Positions 27,747-35,655 of a DNA stretch of 64,000 bases are shown piece after piece. The stretch is taken from the IMG/VR virus record IMGVR_UViG_3300046660_000716, positions 195,339 through 259,338 of that record; one strand, 5' to 3'. A program made the position numbers and the translations under genes. Within the stretch, counting starts at the first letter, position 1, and each line of letters starts with the position of its first letter. Below the pieces are notes generated by a model. It searched no databases and was not told the DNA's origin. It saw only the letters and a list, made by a program, of their open reading frames with translations.

Positions 27747-28580
27747 TCAGGTGAAGAACACGTCGTCGCCCACGACGACGGCCTCCCCCAGGGCGCCCTT
27801 TGGAAGGATGGCCTTCCAGAACACGCCGCCGAAGGCATTGTTGAGCACGTGGATCAGGATGGCGATCACGTAGGTCGCGCGACCGGCCTCGTCCTTGCTT
27901 TCGCCGGACAGCACGCCCTTCTGGTAGCCCCACTTCTGGAGCGCGCCAAGGAACTGGTGAAACACCGCCAGCGTGCCGCGGATGGCGACCGCGACGCCCA
28001 GCTTGATCCCGGCCTTCAGCATCATGCTGACGTAAGAGGTGAACTCGTACGTGTTGATGAGCATGGTCAAGGAAGCCAAACCCTCGCCCTGCTTCAGCGC
28101 CTGGCGGCGGGCGCTCTCCTCGACGATCGGGGCCACGAAGACCGAAGTGACCATCATGGCTGCCTGCGGACCGAGAAACACGGAGAACAGTGTCATGGCG
28201 AACGTGTTGACGATCAGGATCAGGAGGAACAGCATCAGGCCAGCGCTGAACTCGTTGCCGTCCGAGATGCCGTTGTACATGGTCACGAAGGTCTTCACAA
28301 AGCTCTCGTGCATGATGCCGGCCACCTGCCCGATGTCCGCCTTCGGATCTGAAAGCAGGGGCGCGACGGTCGTCGCCAGGCCGGAGGCAGCCGCGCGGCA
28401 CTTGGTCAGCATCTCCTCCACGTGAAAGCCGGCCGCCTTGAGCGCAGCTTTGGCTTCCTCCATGCAGGAGTTCATGCTAGCCTCGGCCGCCTCCACGCCG
28501 GCCTTCGAGCTCACCATCTCCATAAGGAGGCCCACGTTGACGCCCTCGATCAGGGCGGCCTGTTCAGCGGTGATGATCAT
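27747..28580 (-). CDS. PrsW/CPBP-family intramembrane glutamic protease-like protein with a soluble N-terminal leader
   Basis: Several TM segments with APIVEESARR (EExxxR), NTYEFTSY, LAVFHQF and IAILIHVLNN (HxxxN). Confidence 0.7.
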   Translation of the reverse strand: MIITAEQAALIEGVNVGLLMEMVSSKAGVEAAEASMNSCMEEAKAALKAAGFHVEEMLTKCRAAASGLATTVAPLLSDPKADIGQVAGIMHESFVKTFVTMYNGISDGNEFSAGLMLFLLILIVNTFAMTLFSVFLGPQAAMMVTSVFVAPIVEESARRQALKQGEGLASLTMLINTYEFTSYVSMMLKAGIKLGVAVAIRGTLAVFHQFLGALQKWGYQKGVLSGESKDEAGRATYVIAILIHVLNNAFGGVFWKAILPKGALGEAVVVGDDVFFT

Positions 28581-28583
28581 GGG

Positions 28584-30026
28584 CTAGTACTCCGCTTCCG
28601 AGGTGGCGGCCTTGTCGAGCAGGTCCCGGACCTTGGCCTTCAGCTGGTCGACGTTCTGGTTGTACTCGTCGTTGTCCCACTTCTTCGACAGCACCTTGTC
28701 GCGCAGGGCCGCCAGCTCGCGGATGGCCTCGCCGGTGCGCACGCTCATCTCCTTCGCGGCGTCGTCGCTGCCGGTGGCGCGCTGGAACCACGCCGCGCTG
28801 TCGTGGACGAACGCCTGGAACTTCGACGGACTGTGGCGGATCTGGACGAGACGCTCCAGCAAGCGCACGATCTTGGTGATGACCAGGCGCTGCTGCTCGG
28901 GGGTGGAGATGTCCTTGGCCTCGGCGGCCAGCTCCTTGATCTCCTTCTCCATGTTGCCGGTCGCCAGGTTCTTGACGAAGGAACCCAGACCCTCGTGCAG
29001 GTACTCCTTCGACTCGCTGTAGGCGATGCGGAGCGCGTCGGGGTTCACCTCGCGGGCCTCGACATCGATGCCCTTGTCCGACACGGCCCGCAGGCAGGTC
29101 ATCATGAACACGGACACGTCCTGGTAGCCTGCTACGGTGCCGCGCACAAGCGCGTTGTGGAACTGCACCACGTCGTTGCCCGCACCGCGCAGCTTGTCGA
29201 CGACGCTCTGCGGGTTGCTGAAGCGCTGGCGGTTGGACTTCAGGCGCGACTTGAGCTCCATGAACATGCCGGCGATCTTCTCGCCCGGCTGACCCTTCTG
29301 CAGCTCGTCCATGTCCTTGGTGATCATGGCGATCTTCAGCACGGCGGACTGGTAGGCTGCCGAGGTGATCTTCTGCTCGGCTGTCTGCCCCAGGTACCAG
29401 TACTCCTTGCCTTTCTCGTTCAGGGTGTCTGAGTCGTAGCCGCCCTTGTTCGCGGTGCGGTTCATGATCTCGCGCACGGTCTTCTGGAAACTGACGATGG
29501 GGTGGCCGAAGCTCATGAAGGCGGTCTCTGCCTTCCAGAGGGTCACGAACGCTTCCTCGTAGTCCTTGACCGCCGCACCCGCCATTGTGGCGCCGCACAT
29601 GACGTGCACGTCAAACGCGCGGTGGTCGGTCGGATGCACGAAGCCGGGCTTGCGCAGCAGCTGGCCGCACGTCATGCCAGGCTCCTCGGAGCGGTCCACT
29701 GCGGCCGCGCCCAGTCCGTCGGCGGCGCGGTGGAACATCGAGCGGTCCACACCCTGGGCCTCGGCCGCCGGGATCTTGGAGTTGTACTTGCCGCGCAGCA
29801 TGTCCCAGGCGCGGCGCAGGAAGGCCACGACCTTGCGGACGAACTCCTTCAGCCACTGGATGATGTGGTCGATGAGCTCGCCGATGGCGAACTCGTTCAG
29901 CACGGTGTTCTCGGTCAGGCGGCTGAAGAGGTCGTCGTACTCGCGGCGGGCGGACTCGCAGATGGCGTCGATGCCGGCCAGGATCTCGGAGTCGTTCTCG
30001 CTCAGCTGGGTGAGGGTCAGGATCAT
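28584..30026 (-). CDS. Putative internal head polyprotein
   Basis: Acidic leader (LTE, LNE) followed by an amphipathic helix IIQWLKEFVRKVVAFLRRAW; internal YLHE|GLGSFV starts a module resembling the LEEAGG-SW family. Confidence 0.65.
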   Translation of the reverse strand: MILTLTQLSENDSEILAGIDAICESARREYDDLFSRLTENTVLNEFAIGELIDHIIQWLKEFVRKVVAFLRRAWDMLRGKYNSKIPAAEAQGVDRSMFHRAADGLGAAAVDRSEEPGMTCGQLLRKPGFVHPTDHRAFDVHVMCGATMAGAAVKDYEEAFVTLWKAETAFMSFGHPIVSFQKTVREIMNRTANKGGYDSDTLNEKGKEYWYLGQTAEQKITSAAYQSAVLKIAMITKDMDELQKGQPGEKIAGMFMELKSRLKSNRQRFSNPQSVVDKLRGAGNDVVQFHNALVRGTVAGYQDVSVFMMTCLRAVSDKGIDVEAREVNPDALRIAYSESKEYLHEGLGSFVKNLATGNMEKEIKELAAEAKDISTPEQQRLVITKIVRLLERLVQIRHSPSKFQAFVHDSAAWFQRATGSDDAAKEMSVRTGEAIRELAALRDKVLSKKWDNDEYNQNVDQLKAKVRDLLDKAATSEAEY

Positions 30027-30050
30027 GTCGATCTTTCTTGTTGGTTTACG

Positions 30051-30611
30051 TTAGAGGCCGAGCGCGACCTCGTCGTCCGTGGCCTCCGCGATGGCGCGCT
30101 GCTTCACGCTGCCGATCTTGGTCACCAGGTAGTCATGCAGGCGGCCGGACGCCACGAGCTTGGCCCTGCGGCGCTTGCAGACGCCCTGCGGCGTGGCCAT
30201 GGCCGGCACGGTGAACGCGCGGCGCAGACCGGCGATGACGCACGCCTGCTCGACGAATTCGGAGCAGAAGCGAGCCTCGTCGGACTGGATCGGCATGCCC
30301 AGGGCGATGCCGATGGTGCCGCGGTAGGAGAAGCGGAAGCCGGACTTGGACATCTCCGTCACGAACTTGCGAGCCGAGGCGAGACCGGCCGGCTCGACTT
30401 CGACCTCATAGAGCTCGAACTCGGTCCAGGATGGCCACTCTTCCTTGGTCTCGCGGACGAAGCCGTCCTTGCCCATGTTGAACGAGTAGCACTCGGCCAG
30501 GCCGGGGTCGAACGAGATCGAGGCGTGGTTGAATCGCTCGCCGGTGATGGCGGTGATGATGTGCGAGACGGGCTTCTTCGTGTTGGTGGCGAGGAGGTAG
30601 ATGCTCGCCAT
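30051..30611 (-). CDS. Permuted papain-like (NlpC/P60, YiiX/YebB-type) amidase
   Basis: His-before-Cys order: FNHASISFD...YSF...FCSEFVEQ. Confidence 0.8.
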   Translation of the reverse strand: MASIYLLATNTKKPVSHIITAITGERFNHASISFDPGLAECYSFNMGKDGFVRETKEEWPSWTEFELYEVEVEPAGLASARKFVTEMSKSGFRFSYRGTIGIALGMPIQSDEARFCSEFVEQACVIAGLRRAFTVPAMATPQGVCKRRRAKLVASGRLHDYLVTKIGSVKQRAIAEATDDEVALGL

Positions 30612-30614
30612 GGC

Positions 30615-31199
30615 TCACTCCACCTTCATCGCTGCCACGTCGTCGCGCACAAGCTGCAGGGCGGCCACGTACTTGTCGAGCGAGCCCGAGTAGCGGTTGA
30701 CCGTCTTCAGCGTGATGGCGATGATGCCCAGCGAGATGGCGCCGATCGTCAGGCCCTGGACGGTGCCGTTCACGATCGTGCCGAACTGGGACGCCTTGTT
30801 GGCGGCGTCGGCCAGCTTCTGCTTGGTCTTGCGGAAGAAGATGTCCTTGACGACGGGCGCATGCATGCCGGAGGCGGACACCGCTCCGGCCGCCGCGCCG
30901 AGGATCGCTCCGGCCGCGCCGCCGACGGTGCCGATCCCCAGCGAGTTGAGCGCGTCGCCGAGCAGGCCGTTCTTCTCGGCCATGCGCGCCTCATCGAGGA
31001 AGTCGTCAATCTCGTCCAGCGCGCGGCGCTTGTCGTCCTTGGTCTTGATCCGCGCCATCTGCTCGCGGAGCTCGTTCACCAGCGCGTTGTCGACGTTGCT
31101 GAAGGCGCGCTTGATCCAGGAGATCACGCCGCCGGCCTCTTCGAGCGGCACCAGGCCCATCTCGATGCAGGCGTCCTCTTCCAGGATTTCGTTTGCCAT
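30615..31199 (-). CDS. Putative internal head protein, LEEAGG-SW paralog 4
   Basis: EEDACIEMGLVPLEEAGGVISWI, IKTKDDKRRALDEIDDFL, DKYVAALQLVRDDV; Gly-zipper insert. Confidence 0.85.
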   Translation of the reverse strand: MANEILEEDACIEMGLVPLEEAGGVISWIKRAFSNVDNALVNELREQMARIKTKDDKRRALDEIDDFLDEARMAEKNGLLGDALNSLGIGTVGGAAGAILGAAAGAVSASGMHAPVVKDIFFRKTKQKLADAANKASQFGTIVNGTVQGLTIGAISLGIIAITLKTVNRYSGSLDKYVAALQLVRDDVAAMKVE

Positions 31200-31209
31200 G
31201 TGCTGCTCC

Positions 31210-31914
31210 TTATTCGGTCGCGTTGGCGAGGTTGTCGTCCGCCTGCATGGCGGCGGCCAGGATCCCGCGGTACGCCTGCATCGCGGTGCTGATGAGGCTA
31301 AGGTACGTGCGCTCCACGTCGCTGTAAACGCTCGGTACGGCAGCGCGCAGGTTGGACTTCTCGACGAAGCCGGTCGTCTGATCGACTATCGCCTCGATCT
31401 TCTCCCATCCGTCGTGCGCCTTGTCCAGCACGTTCCCCAGCCGATGCCTGTAGCTGGCGCGCCCCGTCGGCGTGACGATCGTGGTCGGGATCGGGCGCGC
31501 GAAGCGCTCGATCGACAGCGTGATCTCCGTGCGGGCGCGTGCGAGGCCCGCCACGTCGCGATTCACCAGCTGCGAGGTGGCCTGGACGGCCCATTTCTGA
31601 ATTGCCTCGAACACGCGCACCAGGTTGGTGACGTTGTCCGACATCACGACCGGATCCGGCATGCGTGCTTCGCCGGGGGCGGTGGCATCCTTCTCGGCCG
31701 CGGCTGCCTCATCGGGCGCAGCGCGCTTGCGGCGCATGATCATGTCGACGATGCGCTTCATGAAGTTGACGATGCTCCGCCAGACGGCGTGGATCATGTC
31801 GCCGGCCGAGCTGGCTTGGGCTTCGACCAGCGCGACGTTGAAGTCGTCGAGCAGGGAGGACAGCGTGTCCTGCTCGTACAGGCCGAGCTCCATGTAGGTT
31901 TCTTGGATCAGCAT
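31210..31914 (-). CDS. Putative internal head protein (acidic leader + amphipathic helix)
   Basis: MELGL near the N-terminus; ALVE|AQ followed by MIHAVWRSIVNFMKRIVDMI. Confidence 0.65.
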   Translation of the reverse strand: MLIQETYMELGLYEQDTLSSLLDDFNVALVEAQASSAGDMIHAVWRSIVNFMKRIVDMIMRRKRAAPDEAAAAEKDATAPGEARMPDPVVMSDNVTNLVRVFEAIQKWAVQATSQLVNRDVAGLARARTEITLSIERFARPIPTTIVTPTGRASYRHRLGNVLDKAHDGWEKIEAIVDQTTGFVEKSNLRAAVPSVYSDVERTYLSLISTAMQAYRGILAAAMQADDNLANATE

Positions 31915-31936
31915 TTGGCGCTTTCTTGATTTGTGA

Positions 31937-32395
31937 TTAGAGCCCGAGCTCGATCTCCGCGGCCTCGTAGACCTGGATCTGGGCCGGGTAGACGGCGACG
32001 AGCTTGCCGCCCTTCTGCGACTCGGTCTTGGCCGGCGCGTCGCCGCGCGGCTTGGTCTCCGGGTCGGTGATGGATGTCTCAGGGCGGCGATCGATCTGCA
32101 CGTCCATGTTGCCGCCGGAGAGGGTCTGCTGCGTGACCTGCGTGGCGCCGTCGCCGCCGGCGTCCGTCACGAGCAGGGTGATGTGGCTGGCCTCGTGCAC
32201 GACCTTCGCCGTGGCGTCGGCATCGGCGTTCTTGGCGTGCTTGCCGAAGATGACCCACGCCTTCGCGTACAGGATGCGCGCCCAGTTCTGGCCGTAGCGC
32301 TTCTTGAACTCCGGCTTGTTCTTGAGGATCCATTCCTCAGCTCCCGGTGCGTCCGGCGCGGCCTCCAGCAACTGCTGGATGTTAGCGGCGATCAT
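31937..32395 (-). CDS. Hypothetical head-associated protein
   Basis: LLE|A leader; EEWILKNKPEFKKRYGQNWARILYAKAW module recalled from myophage hypotheticals; C-terminal YE|AAEIELGL. Confidence 0.7.
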   Translation of the reverse strand: MIAANIQQLLEAAPDAPGAEEWILKNKPEFKKRYGQNWARILYAKAWVIFGKHAKNADADATAKVVHEASHITLLVTDAGGDGATQVTQQTLSGGNMDVQIDRRPETSITDPETKPRGDAPAKTESQKGGKLVAVYPAQIQVYEAAEIELGL

Positions 32396-32676
32396 GACGT
32401 CGAGCTGATGAACTCGAGCTTCTCGGCCGGGATGGCCTCCGGCTCGGGGTAGAACTTCGTCGCGGCGCGGTGCGTGTAGGCGGCGTAGCCGACCTTCTCA
32501 CCCTTCTTGTCCTCGAAGTACATGACGGTGCAGTCCAGTTTGGCCTGCGGCACCTTGAGGCGGCCGGACTCCTCGCGGGTCAGGCTGCGCCGCTTGTACT
32601 TGTCCCACCAGGCCGCTTCGGTGAGGGATTCCAGGTCGGCCTCGATGGCTGACTCGACCAGCAGTTCGTTGTCCAT
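32392..32676 (-). CDS. Small hypothetical head-associated protein
   Basis: Acidic leader ending SLTE|AAWW; GYAAYTHRAATKFY...IPAEKLEFISST. Confidence 0.7.
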   Translation of the reverse strand: MDNELLVESAIEADLESLTEAAWWDKYKRRSLTREESGRLKVPQAKLDCTVMYFEDKKGEKVGYAAYTHRAATKFYPEPEAIPAEKLEFISSTS

Positions 32677-32677
32677 C

Positions 32678-33451
32678 TCAGTGCCTCCGTTTCGATTCGG
32701 TTATGTCCTGCTGTTCCAGTTGGAGCTTGATCTGGGCCAGCTTGTCCATGAGGTCGCCGTAGTCGCGGTCCTCGGTCTTGACGTACGCGTAGCCCGACGT
32801 CTCCAGCACGGCGTCCTTCGCGTGCTCGATTGCGATGTCCCGGCTCCTGTACCCTGGGTGGAGCTCGCCCTTGACCTCGATGATGAGGTTCAGGGATTCC
32901 AGGTAGCAGTCCGGGATGTAGAATCGCGTGCGGCCGTTGTCGTCCTGGTACTGGAAGTTCTGCGGGGCCGGGCAGTGGACGTCCTGGCCCGGCCATCCCA
33001 GCGCCTCGTCGAGGAACTTGAGCAGCGCGAGCTCCTCCTGGCCGGTGTAGGTTTTCTCCGTGCCGTCCGCGAACGAGTACTTGCCCGAGATCGAGCGGCT
33101 CGCCAGCATGATGCGCTGCTGGTCCGGGTCGTCGAGCAGGTGGTCCTTGCCGTGTACGCGGCGCATGCGGTCCAGGAACATCTGCCTGTACTGCTGGCGC
33201 TCCTGCTCGCTGGCGAAGCGCTCGTACCGCCCGGCTTTCTCGTTCCAGTCGGTGTCGCGGCCGCTCATGACGCTCTTGCCCTTCTTCGTGCCGAGCGGCA
33301 GTCTGTTCCTCGCATTGAACATGAGCTGGCGGGCGCTCACGCCGAACTTGTCCAGGTCCGCCGCGTTGTCCCGCTCGATGGCGGTCTCGCATGCCGACGC
33401 GCCCATGTACCGGGCGCCGGACAGAGGGTTCTTGTAAGCTCCTCCTGCCAT
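32678..33451 (-). CDS. TnsA-N / T4 gp4-like PD-(D/E)xK endonuclease (head-completion nuclease-like)
   Basis: YTGQEELALLKFLD...RFYIPDCYLESLNLIIEVKG; GGAG RBS favours the ATG at 33451. Confidence 0.8.
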   Translation of the reverse strand: MAGGAYKNPLSGARYMGASACETAIERDNAADLDKFGVSARQLMFNARNRLPLGTKKGKSVMSGRDTDWNEKAGRYERFASEQERQQYRQMFLDRMRRVHGKDHLLDDPDQQRIMLASRSISGKYSFADGTEKTYTGQEELALLKFLDEALGWPGQDVHCPAPQNFQYQDDNGRTRFYIPDCYLESLNLIIEVKGELHPGYRSRDIAIEHAKDAVLETSGYAYVKTEDRDYGDLMDKLAQIKLQLEQQDITESKRRH

Positions 33452-33475
33452 GTCGTTCTCCATTCGGTGTTGTGT

Positions 33476-33487
33476 CAAGGTTTTGTT
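33476..33487 (-). promoter_or_regulatory. Putative late promoter AACAaaacctTG
   Basis: Motif match 24 nt upstream of the nuclease ATG; heads the minus-strand cargo operon. Confidence 0.7.
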
Positions 33488-33538
33488 CCCTTCCATCCAC
33501 TAGGCTGAGCGGTGCCTCGCGGCCAGAGCGCAGGGGTG

Positions 33539-33550
33539 AACAGCAGGGTG
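33539..33550 (+). promoter_or_regulatory. Putative late promoter AACAgcagggTG
   Basis: Intergenic motif match, divergent from 33476. Confidence 0.55.
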
Positions 33551-33570
33551 TGACATCGGAGAAGTAAAGG

Positions 33571-33596
33571 CCCCTCTACTCTAAAGAGTAGAGGGG
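33571..33596. repeat. Perfect 12-bp inverted repeat CCCCTCTACTCT-AA-AGAGTAGAGGGG
   Basis: Read directly from sequence; AT-richer than background; lies between two tandem promoter motifs. Confidence 0.85.
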
Positions 33597-33625
33597 ACCT
33601 TTAAATTCATCTCGGAGTGTCGTCG

Positions 33626-33637
33626 AACACACCACTA
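33626..33637 (+). promoter_or_regulatory. Putative late promoter AACAcaccacTA
   Basis: Intergenic motif match upstream of the gp25-like gene. Confidence 0.65.
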
Positions 33638-33701
33638 GCTGGGCGGCAACCCGCCGTAGCGTCCCGTTGGGGGACGCCCGGCTATCACCAGGAGCAACAC
33701 C

Positions 33702-34127
33702 ATGGCAAGCCAAGCTGGTAAGGACGAGTTCGTCCTACAGTTCTCTGACACGAACAGCATCGAGACCATGACTGGTCCAGAGGCTGACGCTCGACGCATC
33801 CGCAACGTCTTGTTCGGACACGGGCGCGCCGGAGACTTCAAACTGGGAATCGACATCCAGTCGAACCTGTTCGAGTTCGGGGACTCCAAGACCCTCGAGC
33901 GCATAGCGAGCGACGCCAGGGAGGCGATCGGCACGTACTGCAAGGACGTGGACGTCAAGGAGCTCACCACGGCCATGCTGCCGGCCGACCAGGACCCGAC
34001 CGGGCGCAACAACGTCTCCCTGGTGATTGCGATCTCGATCGGCACTCCCTCCGGCGCCCCATACGACTTTGCGCTCGTGGCGACAAAGACCGCCAAGAAA
34101 ACCGTGATCTCGACTTTGGTTCTCTAA
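33702..34127 (+). CDS. Baseplate gp25/W-like subunit
   Basis: 141 aa; RRIRNVLF...FKLGIDIQSNLFEF...IASDAREAIGTYC matches the gp25 layout. Confidence 0.7.
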   Translation: MASQAGKDEFVLQFSDTNSIETMTGPEADARRIRNVLFGHGRAGDFKLGIDIQSNLFEFGDSKTLERIASDAREAIGTYCKDVDVKELTTAMLPADQDPTGRNNVSLVIAISIGTPSGAPYDFALVATKTAKKTVISTLVL

Positions 34128-34185
34128 ACGTTCTGGCTGAACGCTCCGTTAGTTTCCAACATCAACGTCACGAGGCGTACGACCA

Positions 34186-35427
34186 ATGACCACTCCTGAG
34201 AACCAATCCGCCGTAATGGGCAAAGCAATGTCGGCGATGCCGCCTCCTCCGCGGAAAGCGGCAGCCGCCCCGGTAGCAGTTGAGCCGGCGGACGAACTGG
34301 ACGTGGCGCTGGCGACTGCCACCGCGACCGCCGAGGCGCAGGCCGCTTCCGCTCCCGTGTCCGAAGTAGTCGTCGACGGCCCGCTGACCGGCTCCGGCGC
34401 CGTCACGGACATCAACGAAGCGCCGGCGGCACCGGCCGCCAAGGCCGCACCGAAGCCGGTAGCGGCCGAAGTCAGCGTCGCCGTCAACTCGGTCATCGAC
34501 TCCGGCGGCTCGCTGGTCATGATGCAGGCGATCAATGCGGCTCTGGCGCGCGGCAAGGCCGATAAGCCTCCGGTCTTCAAGGTCGGCGCGCTGCAGTCCG
34601 GCTACACCGCCGAGTTCCGCGCGCTGGAGTTCGCGGACATCAACCGCATCCTGGCGAGCTCGCTGGACAACTACGCGTACCGCATCAAGCTGCTGACGAC
34701 CATGTACAACATGATCCAGCAGTTCTCCTGCGACCGCCTGTCGTTCGATGACTGGCTGAAGGTCTCGGCCCAGGGCGACTACGACACGCTGATGTACGGC
34801 CTGTACGGTGCCACCTACCCGGGCGTCAACGAGTTCGACATCGGCTGCCGCCACTGCGGTCACTCGAACAAGGTTGCCTGCGACATCAACGACCTGGTCC
34901 GCGTCGAGAACGAGGACGTCTACGCCAAGATCCGCGAGCTGCTGGATCCGAAGACCGACTTCAAGGGCGCCATCGTCAACTCGCTGGTCGGCCACACGAT
35001 CCAGCGCGAGCTGCCGGAGTCGAAGATGGTCGTCGAGATCCGCAACCCGAGTCTGCGCGACTACCTGGACGGCACCCAGTGGTTCGTCCAGGTCCAGGAC
35101 AAGAACACCGGCTACCTGCCTACGCAGATGGCCGGCGCCGAGGTCACCCGCACGCTGACCATGTACGTGCAGCGCATCCTGGTCCCCGTGCCGGGCGGCA
35201 ACACCTACATGGCGATCACCAATCAGGGCGACCGTGCCAGCCTGATCGGCCGCCTGTCCCCGGTGGACGGCGCCGCGCTGAACGAGGCCGTCGGCAACGA
35301 GACCAAGCGGCTCGAGGTGTCGTACATGCTGCCGGCCTACAACTGCGCCGGATGCGGCAAGCGCAACGAGGACCTCATGCTGGACTTCGAAGCCCTGCTT
35401 TTTATCAAGCTCCAGGAGAAACGCTAG
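34186..35427 (+). CDS. Baseplate hub assembly chaperone (T4 gp26-like) with a low-complexity N-terminus
   Basis: Two CxxC pairs (CRHCG, CAGCG), YDTLMYGLYGATYP, C-terminal LDFEALLF. Confidence 0.7.
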   Translation: MTTPENQSAVMGKAMSAMPPPPRKAAAAPVAVEPADELDVALATATATAEAQAASAPVSEVVVDGPLTGSGAVTDINEAPAAPAAKAAPKPVAAEVSVAVNSVIDSGGSLVMMQAINAALARGKADKPPVFKVGALQSGYTAEFRALEFADINRILASSLDNYAYRIKLLTTMYNMIQQFSCDRLSFDDWLKVSAQGDYDTLMYGLYGATYPGVNEFDIGCRHCGHSNKVACDINDLVRVENEDVYAKIRELLDPKTDFKGAIVNSLVGHTIQRELPESKMVVEIRNPSLRDYLDGTQWFVQVQDKNTGYLPTQMAGAEVTRTLTMYVQRILVPVPGGNTYMAITNQGDRASLIGRLSPVDGAALNEAVGNETKRLEVSYMLPAYNCAGCGKRNEDLMLDFEALLFIKLQEKR

Positions 35428-35468
35428 CCTCCAAGCGCCGCCGTAGCGCCGACTTCGTCGTCAGCGTT

Positions 35469-35630
35469 ATGGACGTGCTAGGTATGAACTCGCCGGAGCA
35501 GGTCATGCACATGGAGCTGCCCCTCGCGATGGATCTGGTCAAGGCCAAGATCCGACTCGAGGAGAGCAAGTCCAAGGCCCAGAAGGCGGCGCAGGAGCTA
35601 GCGAAACTCAGCGGCGGCAAGGGCCACTGA
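35469..35630 (+). CDS. Small gp51/GT-like tail chaperone segment, possibly expressed by -1 frameshift from the upstream gene
   Basis: MDVLGMNSPEQVMHMELPLAMDLVKAK; no RBS before its ATG; lies in the -1 frame, which is open back across CTTTTT at 35398-35403. Confidence 0.55.
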   Translation: MDVLGMNSPEQVMHMELPLAMDLVKAKIRLEESKSKAQKAAQELAKLSGGKGH

Positions 35631-35655
35631 AAACACAACCCACTAGGAAGAACCG

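Noticed and set aside
32678-33496. Tn7-like transposon suggested by the TnsA-like domain
   Set aside because: No TnsB/C/D and no terminal repeats; the gene is integrated in a late operon.
34158-34169. Near-match promoters AACAtcaacgTC (34158+) and AACAcgacaaTC (27727-)
   Set aside because: +1 is C rather than a purine, so they were not counted; they may still be weak promoters.
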